NCBI GenBank assembly: GCA_033763455.1
Contig: JANRKO010000031.1
Location: 1 to 64,000, forward strand
Direction: 5' to 3'
Length of the DNA stretch: 64,000 nt
Origin: Polyangiaceae bacterium
GTDB taxonomy: Bacteria > Myxococcota_A > Polyangia > Polyangiales > Polyangiaceae
A program made the translations under genes and the position numbers. Below, piece by piece: positions 9,363 to 19,178 of this stretch; positions within the stretch are counted from its first letter, which is position 1; every line of letters starts with the position of its first letter. The notes under the pieces are model-generated. The model did no database searches, was not told the DNA's origin, and saw only the letters and a list, made by a program, of their open reading frames with translations.

Positions 9363-10469
9363 CTAGTTACACTTGCCGCCAGCAACGCATTTGCCGCCTG
9401 TGCAGGTGTCGCTGTAGCAACTGTCTGCATCTGAACACGCACCGCCAGCACGCTCTACGGTCACACACTTATTCATCTTGTCGCACGTCGTGTACGGCGC
9501 GCAGACCGTACCGAACAAGTCTTCTCCGCAAGGTTCGCCGTTGGCAGGCTTCTTGGTGCACGTGCCGTCCACCATGCCGAGCGCCAACTTGCCCTGGAGT
9601 TTGCAATATTCATCTAGAGGGCACTGACTGGGAAGAGAGGCTTTGCATGCAGCCCCCGACGCAACCGGCGCTGTGCACTTGGATACAAGACCCGTGACCG
9701 ATGCGCTGAGAATACTGCAAACACTCCCAGCCTTGCAGAACTTGGCTGCCTGTATGTCGCATACGTCTCCAACGTTCCCGGCAAATACCTCGGCGTTTTC
9801 CTTGCACAGCCCGGGAGTCTTCGTCTGTGCATCTTTACCCACGCAGGTTAGGCCGGTTCTGCACTCCGGATCGTTCGCCCCGCCACAGACCGCCCCAACC
9901 CCGCCTGGAGCTTCACACTTGTGAAGCTTGCAGCTGAGCCCAGAAGCACATTGGTCGTCCTTATCACAAGTTGCCCCCGCAGCTTGTCGAGCGGTACACG
10001 TTCCAGGGCAAGCTTGGTTGCTCTTGCAGAAGTTCCCCGACGCACACTCAAAGTCCATGGTGCACATGGATCCCGTCGCTAGCGTCCCGTGGAGCGTCGC
10101 CACGCAAACATCAATATCGCGTTGGTAGATCGCATCGCAGCCCAACGACGCGATCTTGTCGACGCACGCCTGAAGCTTGGTGCCATCATACTTCGCGGTG
10201 CCAGCCGTTACCGCCTCCTGAATCACCGTAAGCTCATCTTCTAGAGTCCTTCGAAGGTTGGTGGTGCAATCCGCCCCTCCCAGGTAAACGTCGAGAAGCG
10301 GCCCCGCGCACGTTGAATAGGACTGGCACAAAGCAGCAGCGTATTTCGGCGGCAGCTCCGTAATCGGAATCGCCGTTTCCCCCTCGAAGGAAGTGCTCTC
10401 CCCACAACCGAAGAAGCCCAGCATCGCCGCACCGCCCAACACACCAAACTTAAGAATATTGTTGTTCAA
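9363..10469 (-). CDS. Cys-rich secreted lipoprotein with Dickkopf/EB-like repeats
   Basis: Lipobox FFGC; repeated G..C....C..G..C units; GGAGG before the TTG at 10469. Confidence 0.8.
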   Translation of the reverse strand: MNNNILKFGVLGGAAMLGFFGCGESTSFEGETAIPITELPPKYAAALCQSYSTCAGPLLDVYLGGADCTTNLRRTLEDELTVIQEAVTAGTAKYDGTKLQACVDKIASLGCDAIYQRDIDVCVATLHGTLATGSMCTMDFECASGNFCKSNQACPGTCTARQAAGATCDKDDQCASGLSCKLHKCEAPGGVGAVCGGANDPECRTGLTCVGKDAQTKTPGLCKENAEVFAGNVGDVCDIQAAKFCKAGSVCSILSASVTGLVSKCTAPVASGAACKASLPSQCPLDEYCKLQGKLALGMVDGTCTKKPANGEPCGEDLFGTVCAPYTTCDKMNKCVTVERAGGACSDADSCYSDTCTGGKCVAGGKCN

Positions 10470-10727
10470 GAGACCTCCAGGGAGCCAAGCCCGCGTGAGC
10501 CCGACCGAGACAGGACGCGGAACAGCAAAGTGTATGCCGCACTCAGGGTGGCTGAATAGAGCCAATTGCGAGCACCTAGTAACCGGGCGTTCACGGTCTT
10601 CTCGGGCTCAGCCATGAATCCGAGTTAACAAAGCCGAGCTCGTCGCCAACTCGTGGCGCTTATCTGGCTCGTGCCAGATCGACGAATTGAGAAGCAACTG
10701 GCGTCTTGATGGCGTGCGTTTTTTTGC

Positions 10728-12500
10728 TCACGGAACAAAGCTCGCCCAAAAGTCGCACTGGGCTGCGTGAAACCCAAGCCCCACCCGCAACGGATCGGCG
10801 AACTCAATGTATGGATCGCTAGGCAAGTAGGCAGGCCAGGCCTGTGCACCCTCCCCGTTTGGATCTCCTGTAGCGGCAAAGCGAGCCCAATATTTCTGCA
10901 TGGCGAGTGACACAGCCTCATCCCCTGCGTCGGGCGTAAAATTGGGGATTGTCTTCATAGTACCAAATACGTACGGGACCTCCAACGCGTGGGACGCTCC
11001 CGCGGCGCGTACCAGAGGAGGCAACGTGGCTGAGACATGTGTGAACACGTAACGGAAGACGCCTTCGGTTTGTTGGGCGTCCAGCGAAAGTGCCGCCTGG
11101 CGAGCTCCACACACGAACTTTGCGTCGCTCGTGAGTGCGACATAAGCGGCTCTGGGGGTGGGATAGGCACTTGCTGGGTAGGCGGCGAGCACGGCATCAG
11201 TGCCCACTGGAATGAGCGCTTTCACCGCGGCTAAATATTGGGCCTCCGTTTGCAAGGTGGTGGGCACACTCTTGTTCGTTTCAGCGTCGTTATTGCCTAT
11301 GATGACGGGGACGCGATTGTGTTCCCCTCGCGCTATGATTTTGGCAGGTGTGTCCGAAAGGACGTAACCATCCACCACCGATCCGTACACCGAAGGTTTG
11401 CCTGCCACATCGATCTGCACGGGTTTCGCTCGCACCACTTGCTCCATGGGCAGCGCTCGCATGCACGCAAGTGGATCTGGAGCTGTTTGGCAGCCCGCGG
11501 CTTGAAAGAGCTCGGCGCCGAAAGTCTCCTCTTCGGCGAGTGTGCGTGCGTTGCAGCCACCACTTTCGATGATGGCCGACGCAAACAAACCTTTGCCCAA
11601 GGGAGACGCCAAGAGGGTGCACACGCTCACGCCACCCGCCGATTCGCCGAAGATGGTGACACGCGCCGGATCCCCTCCGAAAGCTTCAATATTGCGCTTC
11701 ACCCACTTTAGCGCGGCAAGCTGGTCCAAAGTGCCATAGTTGGCCGAGCCCTGTGCACCCGGCTCCGCACTCAATGCCGTATGCCCCAAAAACCCAAGAG
11801 ACCCAAGGCGATAATTAATCGTGACGATGACCACGCCCGTGCGTTCCACGAAGGACTGCCCGTCGTAGATGTAGCCCGTCCCCGAAGGCTGTGCTGCGCC
11901 ACCCTGAATGTGACCACCGCCATGGATCCAAAACAGCACCGGTAGCTTTTGGGCGGTGGGCGCCTTGGGCGCCCACACGTTCAACTGTAAACAATCCTCC
12001 TCACCAACCAGTGAACCATTGGCATCCAACTGGGGGCAGAGTGGACCGAAGCTCGCCCCGTCACGCACACCCTCCCAACAAGCGGCGGGCTCAGGCGCCT
12101 TCCAACGTAGGCTCCCAAGCGGAGGAGCTGCGAATGGAATTTTCTTGTACGACCAAGCCTCGCCCGCCGAGACACCCCGCACGACGCCCTGCTCAGTTGC
12201 CACCATTCCTGGCTCAATCGGGATGCCTGACCCACATTGAGTCGCCACTGAGGAGCCTCCACCAGTTCCAGAAGGGCTTCCACCTAACGCAGCACTCGCT
12301 CCGGTTCCGGAGTTCACACCCAAGCCAGCACTTGCTCCGGACCCCGAACTTGGCCCGAGCCCACCCGTGCCGGCCGACGCGTCGCCATCTCCCAAGATCC
12401 CGCTGTCAGCGTGCGTTGAGCACCCCAAGGCGCACAGCAAAGTGCATCCAGCGAGGAGAGTTTTGTAGCGGCCAAGAACCTGGCAAGCGTAAAGGTACAT
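10728..12500 (-). CDS. Type B carboxylesterase/lipase (pNB-esterase-like), lipoprotein
   Basis: EDCLQLNVW, WIHGGG, NYRLG, FGGDP.RVTIFGESAGG nucleophile motif, catalytic His in ASHALEV. Confidence 0.95.
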   Translation of the reverse strand: MYLYACQVLGRYKTLLAGCTLLCALGCSTHADSGILGDGDASAGTGGLGPSSGSGASAGLGVNSGTGASAALGGSPSGTGGGSSVATQCGSGIPIEPGMVATEQGVVRGVSAGEAWSYKKIPFAAPPLGSLRWKAPEPAACWEGVRDGASFGPLCPQLDANGSLVGEEDCLQLNVWAPKAPTAQKLPVLFWIHGGGHIQGGAAQPSGTGYIYDGQSFVERTGVVIVTINYRLGSLGFLGHTALSAEPGAQGSANYGTLDQLAALKWVKRNIEAFGGDPARVTIFGESAGGVSVCTLLASPLGKGLFASAIIESGGCNARTLAEEETFGAELFQAAGCQTAPDPLACMRALPMEQVVRAKPVQIDVAGKPSVYGSVVDGYVLSDTPAKIIARGEHNRVPVIIGNNDAETNKSVPTTLQTEAQYLAAVKALIPVGTDAVLAAYPASAYPTPRAAYVALTSDAKFVCGARQAALSLDAQQTEGVFRYVFTHVSATLPPLVRAAGASHALEVPYVFGTMKTIPNFTPDAGDEAVSLAMQKYWARFAATGDPNGEGAQAWPAYLPSDPYIEFADPLRVGLGFHAAQCDFWASFVP

Positions 12501-12512
12501 GCCCCGAACCTA

Positions 12513-12528
12513 AGCACGGGCCGTGCCA
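12513..12528 (-). promoter_or_regulatory. Putative sigma54 (-24/-12) promoter of the esterase
   Basis: Minus strand TGGCACGGCCCGTGCT, GG-N10-GC spacing. Confidence 0.55.
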
Positions 12529-12630
12529 AACTGCCGGTCTAGAGTTTCCGACGCTCTAGATGACGTAGATTCGCCGCAAAGAAAAACAGTCAGGGACCTT
12601 TGCACGGAGTCGTCTGTATAGTGCACCCAC

Positions 12631-14682
12631 GTGGCTATTCCTGGTGTTCTCGGTGCTCAAACCGATAGTGACTTCACGGGCGACATCAGTGCGTTCACGG
12701 CAAGGTTCGCTCGGGCATCCGTAAGCCCAAGAGCACTCCGAGAGCTGTATCGGTGGCTCAACACTCTGCCCAAAGATCCAACTGGCGCAGAGGCCAGCAC
12801 CCAAACGCTCGGCGTTGGTATCCGGTGGCTCTTGCGAGGTTGGCCCACACGCGATCCGAAACGTGCGGCACCTCGGCTTGCGGTACTTTTGGAGGCGCTC
12901 GAGGCATCTTCCCAATGGCAAAGCGCAGCGCAGCAGCTCTTTGCCTCTATCCTAGATAGTGTGGATGCGGTCCCTTTGTTTGAAAGTGGCCTGCCTAACG
13001 ATCGAGGGATTTGGGAGGAAAGCAAGGATCGCCTCGCTCGACGCTTCCTGCCTTCGCTGCGCGATGAGAGCGATCTAGGAGCGCTTGTTCTTGGCTGGTT
13101 TTCTGATCGGCGGGCAGTGGCCTGGCTTGGGGCAATCACGCCTGAAGATGCCTCACGCGTAGCAGCGTTGCTGCCTGCAACTGGCACTGAGCGGCTCCGC
13201 CAAGGTTTGCTCGACAGCATTGCCCTCATAGCAGCACGCACTTCGGCATTAGGCCTCTCACGCGAAATGCGCGCTCGCTCGCCGAGGACGGGCCTCGGAG
13301 ATTCGCCTTTCTTCAAGCTACCAAGAGTGTGTGACGCTTTGCTCGATGGGCAAGGCACCATCGACGCGTGTTCGGCTCAGATCACGGCGTCTCGCATCGC
13401 ACTCGGCTCGGTTCTCACACACCTTGAGCGTTACGGCGTAAGCGTGGACGTAGTCTACCGCATCGAGGTTATCGATAAGAGCCTGACGCGGCTCGCGCAA
13501 CTTCTGTTGATCCTCGACAAAATTGGAGAAGCCCGCGCCGATGCCGTCACGAGCCTGTTGCACGAAGTCGCTCTGGCCCGAGTGCAAGATAGGAGCCTCC
13601 GTGATCTTGCGGGCACCAACATTCAATTGCTCGCGCGCAAGGTGATCGAGCGGGCGGGGCACACGGGTGAACACTATATCACCGTAACGCGTGGCGAATA
13701 TTGGAAGATGCTGAGCTCGGCGGCTGGCGGCGGCTTTCTCACGGCATTCACGTGCGCCATGAAATACACCATCGTTTGGGGGCATTTCCCGTTATTTGTG
13801 GAGGGATTCTTAGCGTCTACGAACTACGCGTGCAGCTTCCTGCTCATTCAACTGCTAGGGTTTACGCTTGCCACCAAGCAGCCATCGGCTATCGCCGCTG
13901 CTCTCGCTCACGCGCTGCAGGGTTCGAGCCGCACCTCCGCCTTGGATGAACTCGTTACGCTTATCACGCGCATTTGCCGTTCGCAGTTTATCGCTGTGGT
14001 AGGCAATGTCGGAATGGTGATCCCCGCAGCTTTCGCCTTCAACGTCGGGTACCAGCACCTCACGGGCCAGCCCTTTTTGGATGAAGCCGCCGCTGAATAT
14101 ACACTGCATTCGACCAACCCCCTGGAAACCGGCACGGTATACTTCGCGGCCCTCACAGGCGTATTCCTGTGGTTGTCGAGCCTGGGCGCCGGCTGGCTCG
14201 AAAATTGGTCTGCGTACCATCGGTTGCCCGATGCCATTGCTCAGCGATCTCCCCGCTGGTTCATGCGCTGGCTCTCTCACAAATTTGCCCACCATGTCGC
14301 CGGCTTTGGTGGCAACCTCACCCTTGGGTTCATGTTGGGCATGATGCCAGTACTCGGAAAGTTCCTCGGCGTACCGCTTGAAGTTCGCCACATAACGCTC
14401 TCAACTGGTGCCCTCACTCTTGCTCTTTGCTCACTTGGAACAAGCGCGCTGCACCACGGGCTAATTCAAGCCATATCCGGCATCGGCTTGATCCTTTGCC
14501 TCAACTTTGGCGTAAGTTTCACGCTCGCCCTGCTTGTCGCTCTGCGCGCACGCGGCGTGGAACACGCCGGACGGCGCCTCATCCCAGCCTTAGCAGCACG
14601 CTTTCTCCGCTCCCCTCTAGAATTCTTCTTCCCTCCAAGAGCAGTGGGGCACTCCATCGCCGCCGAGTCAACCCACCACTGA
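12631..14682 (+). CDS. Gcr-like 'site-specific recombinase' family membrane protein (PF10136-like); function uncertain
   Basis: GEHYITVTRGEY, ASTNYA.SF.LIQ..GFTLATKQP, RSQFIAVVGNV, PLEVRHITLSTG motifs; multi-TM C-terminal half. Confidence 0.85.
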   Translation: MAIPGVLGAQTDSDFTGDISAFTARFARASVSPRALRELYRWLNTLPKDPTGAEASTQTLGVGIRWLLRGWPTRDPKRAAPRLAVLLEALEASSQWQSAAQQLFASILDSVDAVPLFESGLPNDRGIWEESKDRLARRFLPSLRDESDLGALVLGWFSDRRAVAWLGAITPEDASRVAALLPATGTERLRQGLLDSIALIAARTSALGLSREMRARSPRTGLGDSPFFKLPRVCDALLDGQGTIDACSAQITASRIALGSVLTHLERYGVSVDVVYRIEVIDKSLTRLAQLLLILDKIGEARADAVTSLLHEVALARVQDRSLRDLAGTNIQLLARKVIERAGHTGEHYITVTRGEYWKMLSSAAGGGFLTAFTCAMKYTIVWGHFPLFVEGFLASTNYACSFLLIQLLGFTLATKQPSAIAAALAHALQGSSRTSALDELVTLITRICRSQFIAVVGNVGMVIPAAFAFNVGYQHLTGQPFLDEAAAEYTLHSTNPLETGTVYFAALTGVFLWLSSLGAGWLENWSAYHRLPDAIAQRSPRWFMRWLSHKFAHHVAGFGGNLTLGFMLGMMPVLGKFLGVPLEVRHITLSTGALTLALCSLGTSALHHGLIQAISGIGLILCLNFGVSFTLALLVALRARGVEHAGRRLIPALAARFLRSPLEFFFPPRAVGHSIAAESTHH

Positions 14683-14688
14683 CATCAC

Positions 14689-14897
14689 CAACATCACGCG
14701 ATCACAACATCACGCGATCACAGCAACTTGCACCCCCCGCCCGACAACATCACGCGATCACAACAACTTTCGGCCCCGCCCGACAACATCACGCGATCAC
14801 AACAACTTTCGGCCCCGCCCGACAACATCACGCGATCACAACAACTTTCGGCCCCGCCCGACAATATCACGCGATCACAACAACTTTCGGCCCCGCC
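14689..14897. repeat. Intergenic tandem repeat: four 39-bp units plus two upstream 16-bp cores
   Basis: Unit CCCCGCCCGACAACATCACGCGATCACAACAACTTTCGG at 14735, 14774, 14813 and 14852 (one mismatch in the last); core CAACATCACGCGATCA also at 14689 and 14705. Confidence 0.95.
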
Positions 14898-15051
14898 ACT
14901 CGCGCGGCAGGCTCATTCACGGCTGACATAGAGTACTTCGCATGCTAAGTACTTCTCAACTTGCAGGCACCCCCACGCCAACGTGCACCGCGCGCCTAAC
15001 TTCGGCTTTCGTCACTCCTCGGCAGGAATGCCTCACTCGCGATCCTGCGAC

Positions 15052-16358
15052 TTACTCCAGCCCAACTTCGCGCCCACCGGCACACGCGTAAAAAACATTG
15101 GCGCCATTGCGCGGCAAATTTTGGCCAATAAATCTCAGTAACTGTTGCCTGTTCGACGGACACTTCGAAACTAGATCAGGGTTGCCGAGCCCACTTGCAG
15201 GATCGACATAACAGTACCCCGACACGCCTACGGGTGCGTTCACGTCGGAGCGGCACCGTGGATCGTTTGTTTCGTTAATTTCGCAGAGGCATAACCCCTC
15301 GCACGTCGGTGTGGTTGGCGTCCCACATTTTCCGGTATCGGCCAGCCTACGTTTCACAGCGTTTGCTAGGTTGAAGTTCTGAACACTCGTGCCCATGTCA
15401 AGCCGGTGGCGCCCTGATCCACACTCACAGTCTATTGGTGTGCTGGGCGTGCTGGATGTGCTGGAAGTTCCGATCTCTCTTCCCCGTTAAGCTTGATGCT
15501 TGACGCACCGAGCATCCAACCGAGGCCTTCGTCGGAAGCAGAGCAGTCGTTTTCGTCCGTGAGCATGACGATGGCCACCAACGAATCCGGCCGCAAAAAT
15601 GCCTTACGCTGCCGTAGCAACTCTTCATCTAGCCCGACCTTCTTTACTTTCCCGCCCTCGATCTCCAAGGATTGATACGGTTGAGGATCAATCAGAAAGC
15701 GATACCAAGCTTCGAGCGGAGCCTCATAGCCGCAGCCATTTTCACCAACGCTTGCAAGACCTTTGCTAAAATCCGCAACCAGTTGGCTTAGGGATTTTTC
15801 TCCGGGCGGTTGATGCGTGCCTTTGGGATCCCAGGCCCAAAACCCATGGTTTTCGTAGCTCGGGACATTCTCGCGCACTGTCGGGATGAGATGACCATGG
15901 TCGTTCAACGACGGTTGATCACAGAGTGTGCCCTTAGGCCCCCCAAGGCTCGATGAAATCATCCCCACATGGATATCCTCGATCGGATCAAATTCCCGCT
16001 GAAACCCGGGACCACACGACGACGCGTTCGGCGCGAGTGGCTGGATGGTTTGCTTTCCATCCGTCGAAACACAGCTGGGGCTTACCAAACGCTCCAAGAA
16101 CCCAGGAACCGCTAGCTCCAACATGCGCTGTTTGTCAGCCATCGATTTGGAGTTATCGACCACAAACAACAGGTCTATCTTGTCGACGCTTCTGGCCGGA
16201 ACATCCTCCACGAAGAGATTCGTGGTGTGTACCTTGGGTGTCCCGAGAGGCCGTTCTAAGCAGCCCGAGCTACCCATCATCACCCCTAAGACGCCTAAGG
16301 CCGCTGCATAACTAGCAAGAACCCTGTAGCTGCGTTTTTCATGGAATGAATGCTTCAT
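15052..16358 (-). pseudogene. Myxobacterial vWA-like Cys-rich lipoprotein, split by an out-of-frame internal deletion near 15475
   Basis: N-terminal part has lipobox SSGC, IDLLFVVDNSKSMADKQ, GCGYEAPLEA and LTDENDCS; C-terminal part in another frame (EIGTSS...DCECGSGR...GYCYVD...LLRFIG). Confidence 0.65.
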
Positions 16359-16489
16359 GATCCAATACGGAGAGCATTTTCCATTCCGCGCCAACGCCAC
16401 GGCAAACTGCGCATCCATTGAAGGTGGGCCAGGGTAGGCTCTGACAACGAAGTTGTCGAAGCTTCCCAACCCTCGCCAACGGTGTTGCC

Positions 16490-17983
16490 GTGAGCGAGCC
16501 CACCTTTGCCACCAACACTACACTCACCTCGATACCTCTACCTGCCCTTCGCCTCTCCTTCGGCTCCATGCTCTTGACACTCAGAAGCGTGCCGCCGATC
16601 CTGAAAAGCTTGGCAGACAACACTCACCACGCAGCATCTCCCGCACCCATCCGCGCTACCGTAGAGGTCTCCGCCGACGGCCTTTCCGCGTACGTGAACG
16701 TGGTCCCAGGGGAGCCGATGGCTGCGAGCGCTCTCCACCTTGCACTCAAAGGAGCTAGCGTCCTCTATGGCCTTCAAGCCGCCACCCTCGCCACCCTGGA
16801 GGCGGCGCTAGCAGATCCCCTTTTCGAGGTGAAAGCAGAGCTGATTGCCCGCGGCACACCCCCGAGCCCCGGCCGGGATGCCATCTTCACACCCTTTTTC
16901 CATCCCGGCATCCAAGCCGGTTCCATCTCTAGCGACGGCAGCTTTGACTATCACGACAGAGACCTCTTGAAGCCTGTGGTTGCAGGAGAAGTCATCGCAA
17001 CGGTGACGCCTGCCGTACCCGGCATTGCCGGGCGACGCGTGAACAACGAAACCATTCCCTGCCCCCCGGTGTTGGACTTTGCTCTGAGCTTGGGCCCCCA
17101 TGTGAAGCTTGAGCCGGATGGCAGGATCTGCGCACGGAATGACGGCGTTGTGCTGTACAAAGCCGGGCAAAGCCTGGATGTAGTGCAGCACTACTTGCAC
17201 GAAGGCGACGTCGATCTTCGTTCGGGTGATCTCGCGATGCAGGGAACGCTGGTAGTGAAAGGCTCCGTGCGCCAATCCTTTCAGGTGGTATGTAGTGGGG
17301 ATGTCGAGATACAGGCGGGCATTGAGGGCGGCAGCGTGTTCGCGGGGGGCAGCGTGCGCGTAAAACAAGGCGTGTTAGGCAGCGATTTTGCTCGTGTTGA
17401 AGCCGGCGGGAGCTTCGTCAGCAAACACGCGGAAAATGCCCGAGTGTATTCTCTGGACCTTGTAAAGTTGGAGGAGGCCACAGCTTGTGAGTTGATGGCT
17501 CGCCGCATTGAAGTGACGCGCTGTTTGCGGGGCGGCACGGCGACAGCTGAGCACAGCCTCGTTACGGGGCAACTCGGAAGCCCACATTCGGCAACAGACA
17601 CTCTGGTGATTGTAGGAGAGCCTTTACCCTCCCCGGTAAGCGATGCGGCGCACAAGCTGGAAGCCGCCAAAGCAGCACGCTCTGCACACAGGCGCTCGCT
17701 CTCCCCACGTTCCCTCGGCACAGGCGCGCGTCAGAAGGGTGGTAAGCTCGGACGAGAACAGGCGGTGCTGGCTCGCGTGGATCTCGAACGCCGAGTGGAA
17801 CGGCTAAGAAAGCGCGACCTGCTGCTGGAGACCGCATTCGTTCAGGTACAGGGCCGCATCTATCCGGGTGCCCGCCTTCAAATGGGAGAAGATTCCCTGG
17901 TTATTGCCGAAGAGACGACCGCTACCAGGTTCACACTCGATCCAGAAACCCGCCGTATTCGTGGCGAAAGGGCCAGTTCATGA
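16490..17983 (+). CDS. FapA/DUF342 family (flagellar assembly protein A-like) protein
   Basis: VSADGLSAYV N-domain, IARGTPP.PGRD, DYHDRDLLKPV, GDVDLRSGDL...G.LVVKGSV beta-helix, VQG.IYPG; start may be downstream. Confidence 0.8.
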   Translation: MSEPTFATNTTLTSIPLPALRLSFGSMLLTLRSVPPILKSLADNTHHAASPAPIRATVEVSADGLSAYVNVVPGEPMAASALHLALKGASVLYGLQAATLATLEAALADPLFEVKAELIARGTPPSPGRDAIFTPFFHPGIQAGSISSDGSFDYHDRDLLKPVVAGEVIATVTPAVPGIAGRRVNNETIPCPPVLDFALSLGPHVKLEPDGRICARNDGVVLYKAGQSLDVVQHYLHEGDVDLRSGDLAMQGTLVVKGSVRQSFQVVCSGDVEIQAGIEGGSVFAGGSVRVKQGVLGSDFARVEAGGSFVSKHAENARVYSLDLVKLEEATACELMARRIEVTRCLRGGTATAEHSLVTGQLGSPHSATDTLVIVGEPLPSPVSDAAHKLEAAKAARSAHRRSLSPRSLGTGARQKGGKLGREQAVLARVDLERRVERLRKRDLLLETAFVQVQGRIYPGARLQMGEDSLVIAEETTATRFTLDPETRRIRGERASS

Positions 17984-18378
17984 ATCTTCAAAAACAGACC
18001 GCCGAGACGCTGATGACGCGCCAGCTCCTCACGATTTCCGCCGATCAGACCCTGCGCGCGGCCGCAGCGCTGATGCACGCCCACCACGTCCACTGCCTCA
18101 TAGTGCCACCCACTGAGGAAGCCTTGTGCGTGGGCATCCTCACCGCGAAAGACATCGTACAGATCTTGTGCGACGGCGAACCCCACTTGCTGGAACAGCT
18201 CCGTGTGGCCGACGCTTTCACTTCCCCAGCCATCACTGTGCAAAAGGATTTTACGATTGTGGATTGCTTGCGCCTGATGCGAATGAGCGGGGTGCGCAGC
18301 GTTCCCGTGTTAGACGGCGTGAAGCTTGTGGGGATTCTGAGCTTTTCGGACGTGTTGCGAGTGGTGGCGACGGGCTGA
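17980..18378 (+). CDS. CBS-domain pair protein
   Basis: Two CBS motifs (LMT..LLTI..D, VGILTAKDI; LVGILSFSDV); ATGA overlap with fapA-like gene. Confidence 0.9.
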   Translation: MNLQKQTAETLMTRQLLTISADQTLRAAAALMHAHHVHCLIVPPTEEALCVGILTAKDIVQILCDGEPHLLEQLRVADAFTSPAITVQKDFTIVDCLRLMRMSGVRSVPVLDGVKLVGILSFSDVLRVVATG

Positions 18379-18568
18379 AGGCGCGAAGCTGTTCGGAATC
18401 AGCGCTGTCCCGTAGCCTCCCGACCAACCACTCCACTTAGGGTATGACATGCAGGGCGTCCCGATTGCTCATGACCGCCCCTTCACTAGGGCTCAAAGCC
18501 CAATTGCGGCAGAAATCCGGCTGCTGGCGGGGGTAGGCGTGCAAACGTGTTTCGGCTAAGGTGCCCGC

Positions 18569-19114
18569 ATGCTTATGGGCAGCATTTCGTTACGTGGTTT
18601 GGCAGGGATGGTCGTTGTGGCGGTGGCAGGCACCGCGGTTACGCTGGGCTGCAGCAGTGGGGACAGCGGGGACGCTGCTATGGACGCAGGGTTCCGCACC
18701 CAGCTGGCCCCTGAAAGCACCGTCGGTGCACAGTCAGCAGACGCTCGTGCACAGCTCTGCTCGGAAATTTCAGCGTACAGGAACTCTCGGATGACGGTTC
18801 GAGACTACGGCTGCATCGCTAACACCGCCGCGCTTCTCGGTGCTGGCTTCTCAGCCATGCAGTGCCAATCTACTTATGAGAAGTGCCAGCGAGACGTAGA
18901 CAGTGGCGCCAGCCTTTTGAAAACAGCGGTAGATCCGAAACGCTGCAAGCTTGACGCCGGTTGCACCGTCACGATTCAGGAGCTGGAAGCCTGTGTCACC
19001 GCAGATACGGCCGGTAAAGCCCCACTCAATTGCAGCACTTTCAGCCAGTACAAAGTACCCGCCGCGTGTGAAACGGTGAACCAGAAGTGCCCGCTTCCCG
19101 CCACTGAGTTCTAA
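18569..19114 (+). CDS. Small Cys-containing lipoprotein, hypothetical
   Basis: Lipobox TLGC; paired cysteines (CTVTIQELEAC). Confidence 0.7.
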   Translation: MLMGSISLRGLAGMVVVAVAGTAVTLGCSSGDSGDAAMDAGFRTQLAPESTVGAQSADARAQLCSEISAYRNSRMTVRDYGCIANTAALLGAGFSAMQCQSTYEKCQRDVDSGASLLKTAVDPKRCKLDAGCTVTIQELEACVTADTAGKAPLNCSTFSQYKVPAACETVNQKCPLPATEF

Positions 19115-19178
19115 AGGTCCTAGTTCGGGCCCCCCCGCCAACCCGTGAGTCCCCGACGGGGCCCACGGGCTCTGGGTA

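Noticed and set aside
14689..14897. Possible CRISPR array
   Set aside because: Units are contiguous and nearly identical with no unique spacers, and no cas genes are nearby
12631..14897. Recombinase acting on the adjacent repeats
   Set aside because: The Gcr-like protein is largely transmembrane and shows no tyrosine or serine recombinase catalytic motif, so the family name is not evidence of activity
15460..15480. Sequencing adapter (AGATCGGAA on the minus strand) at the deletion junction
   Set aside because: The match is only 9 nt and the following bases read as plausible coding sequence
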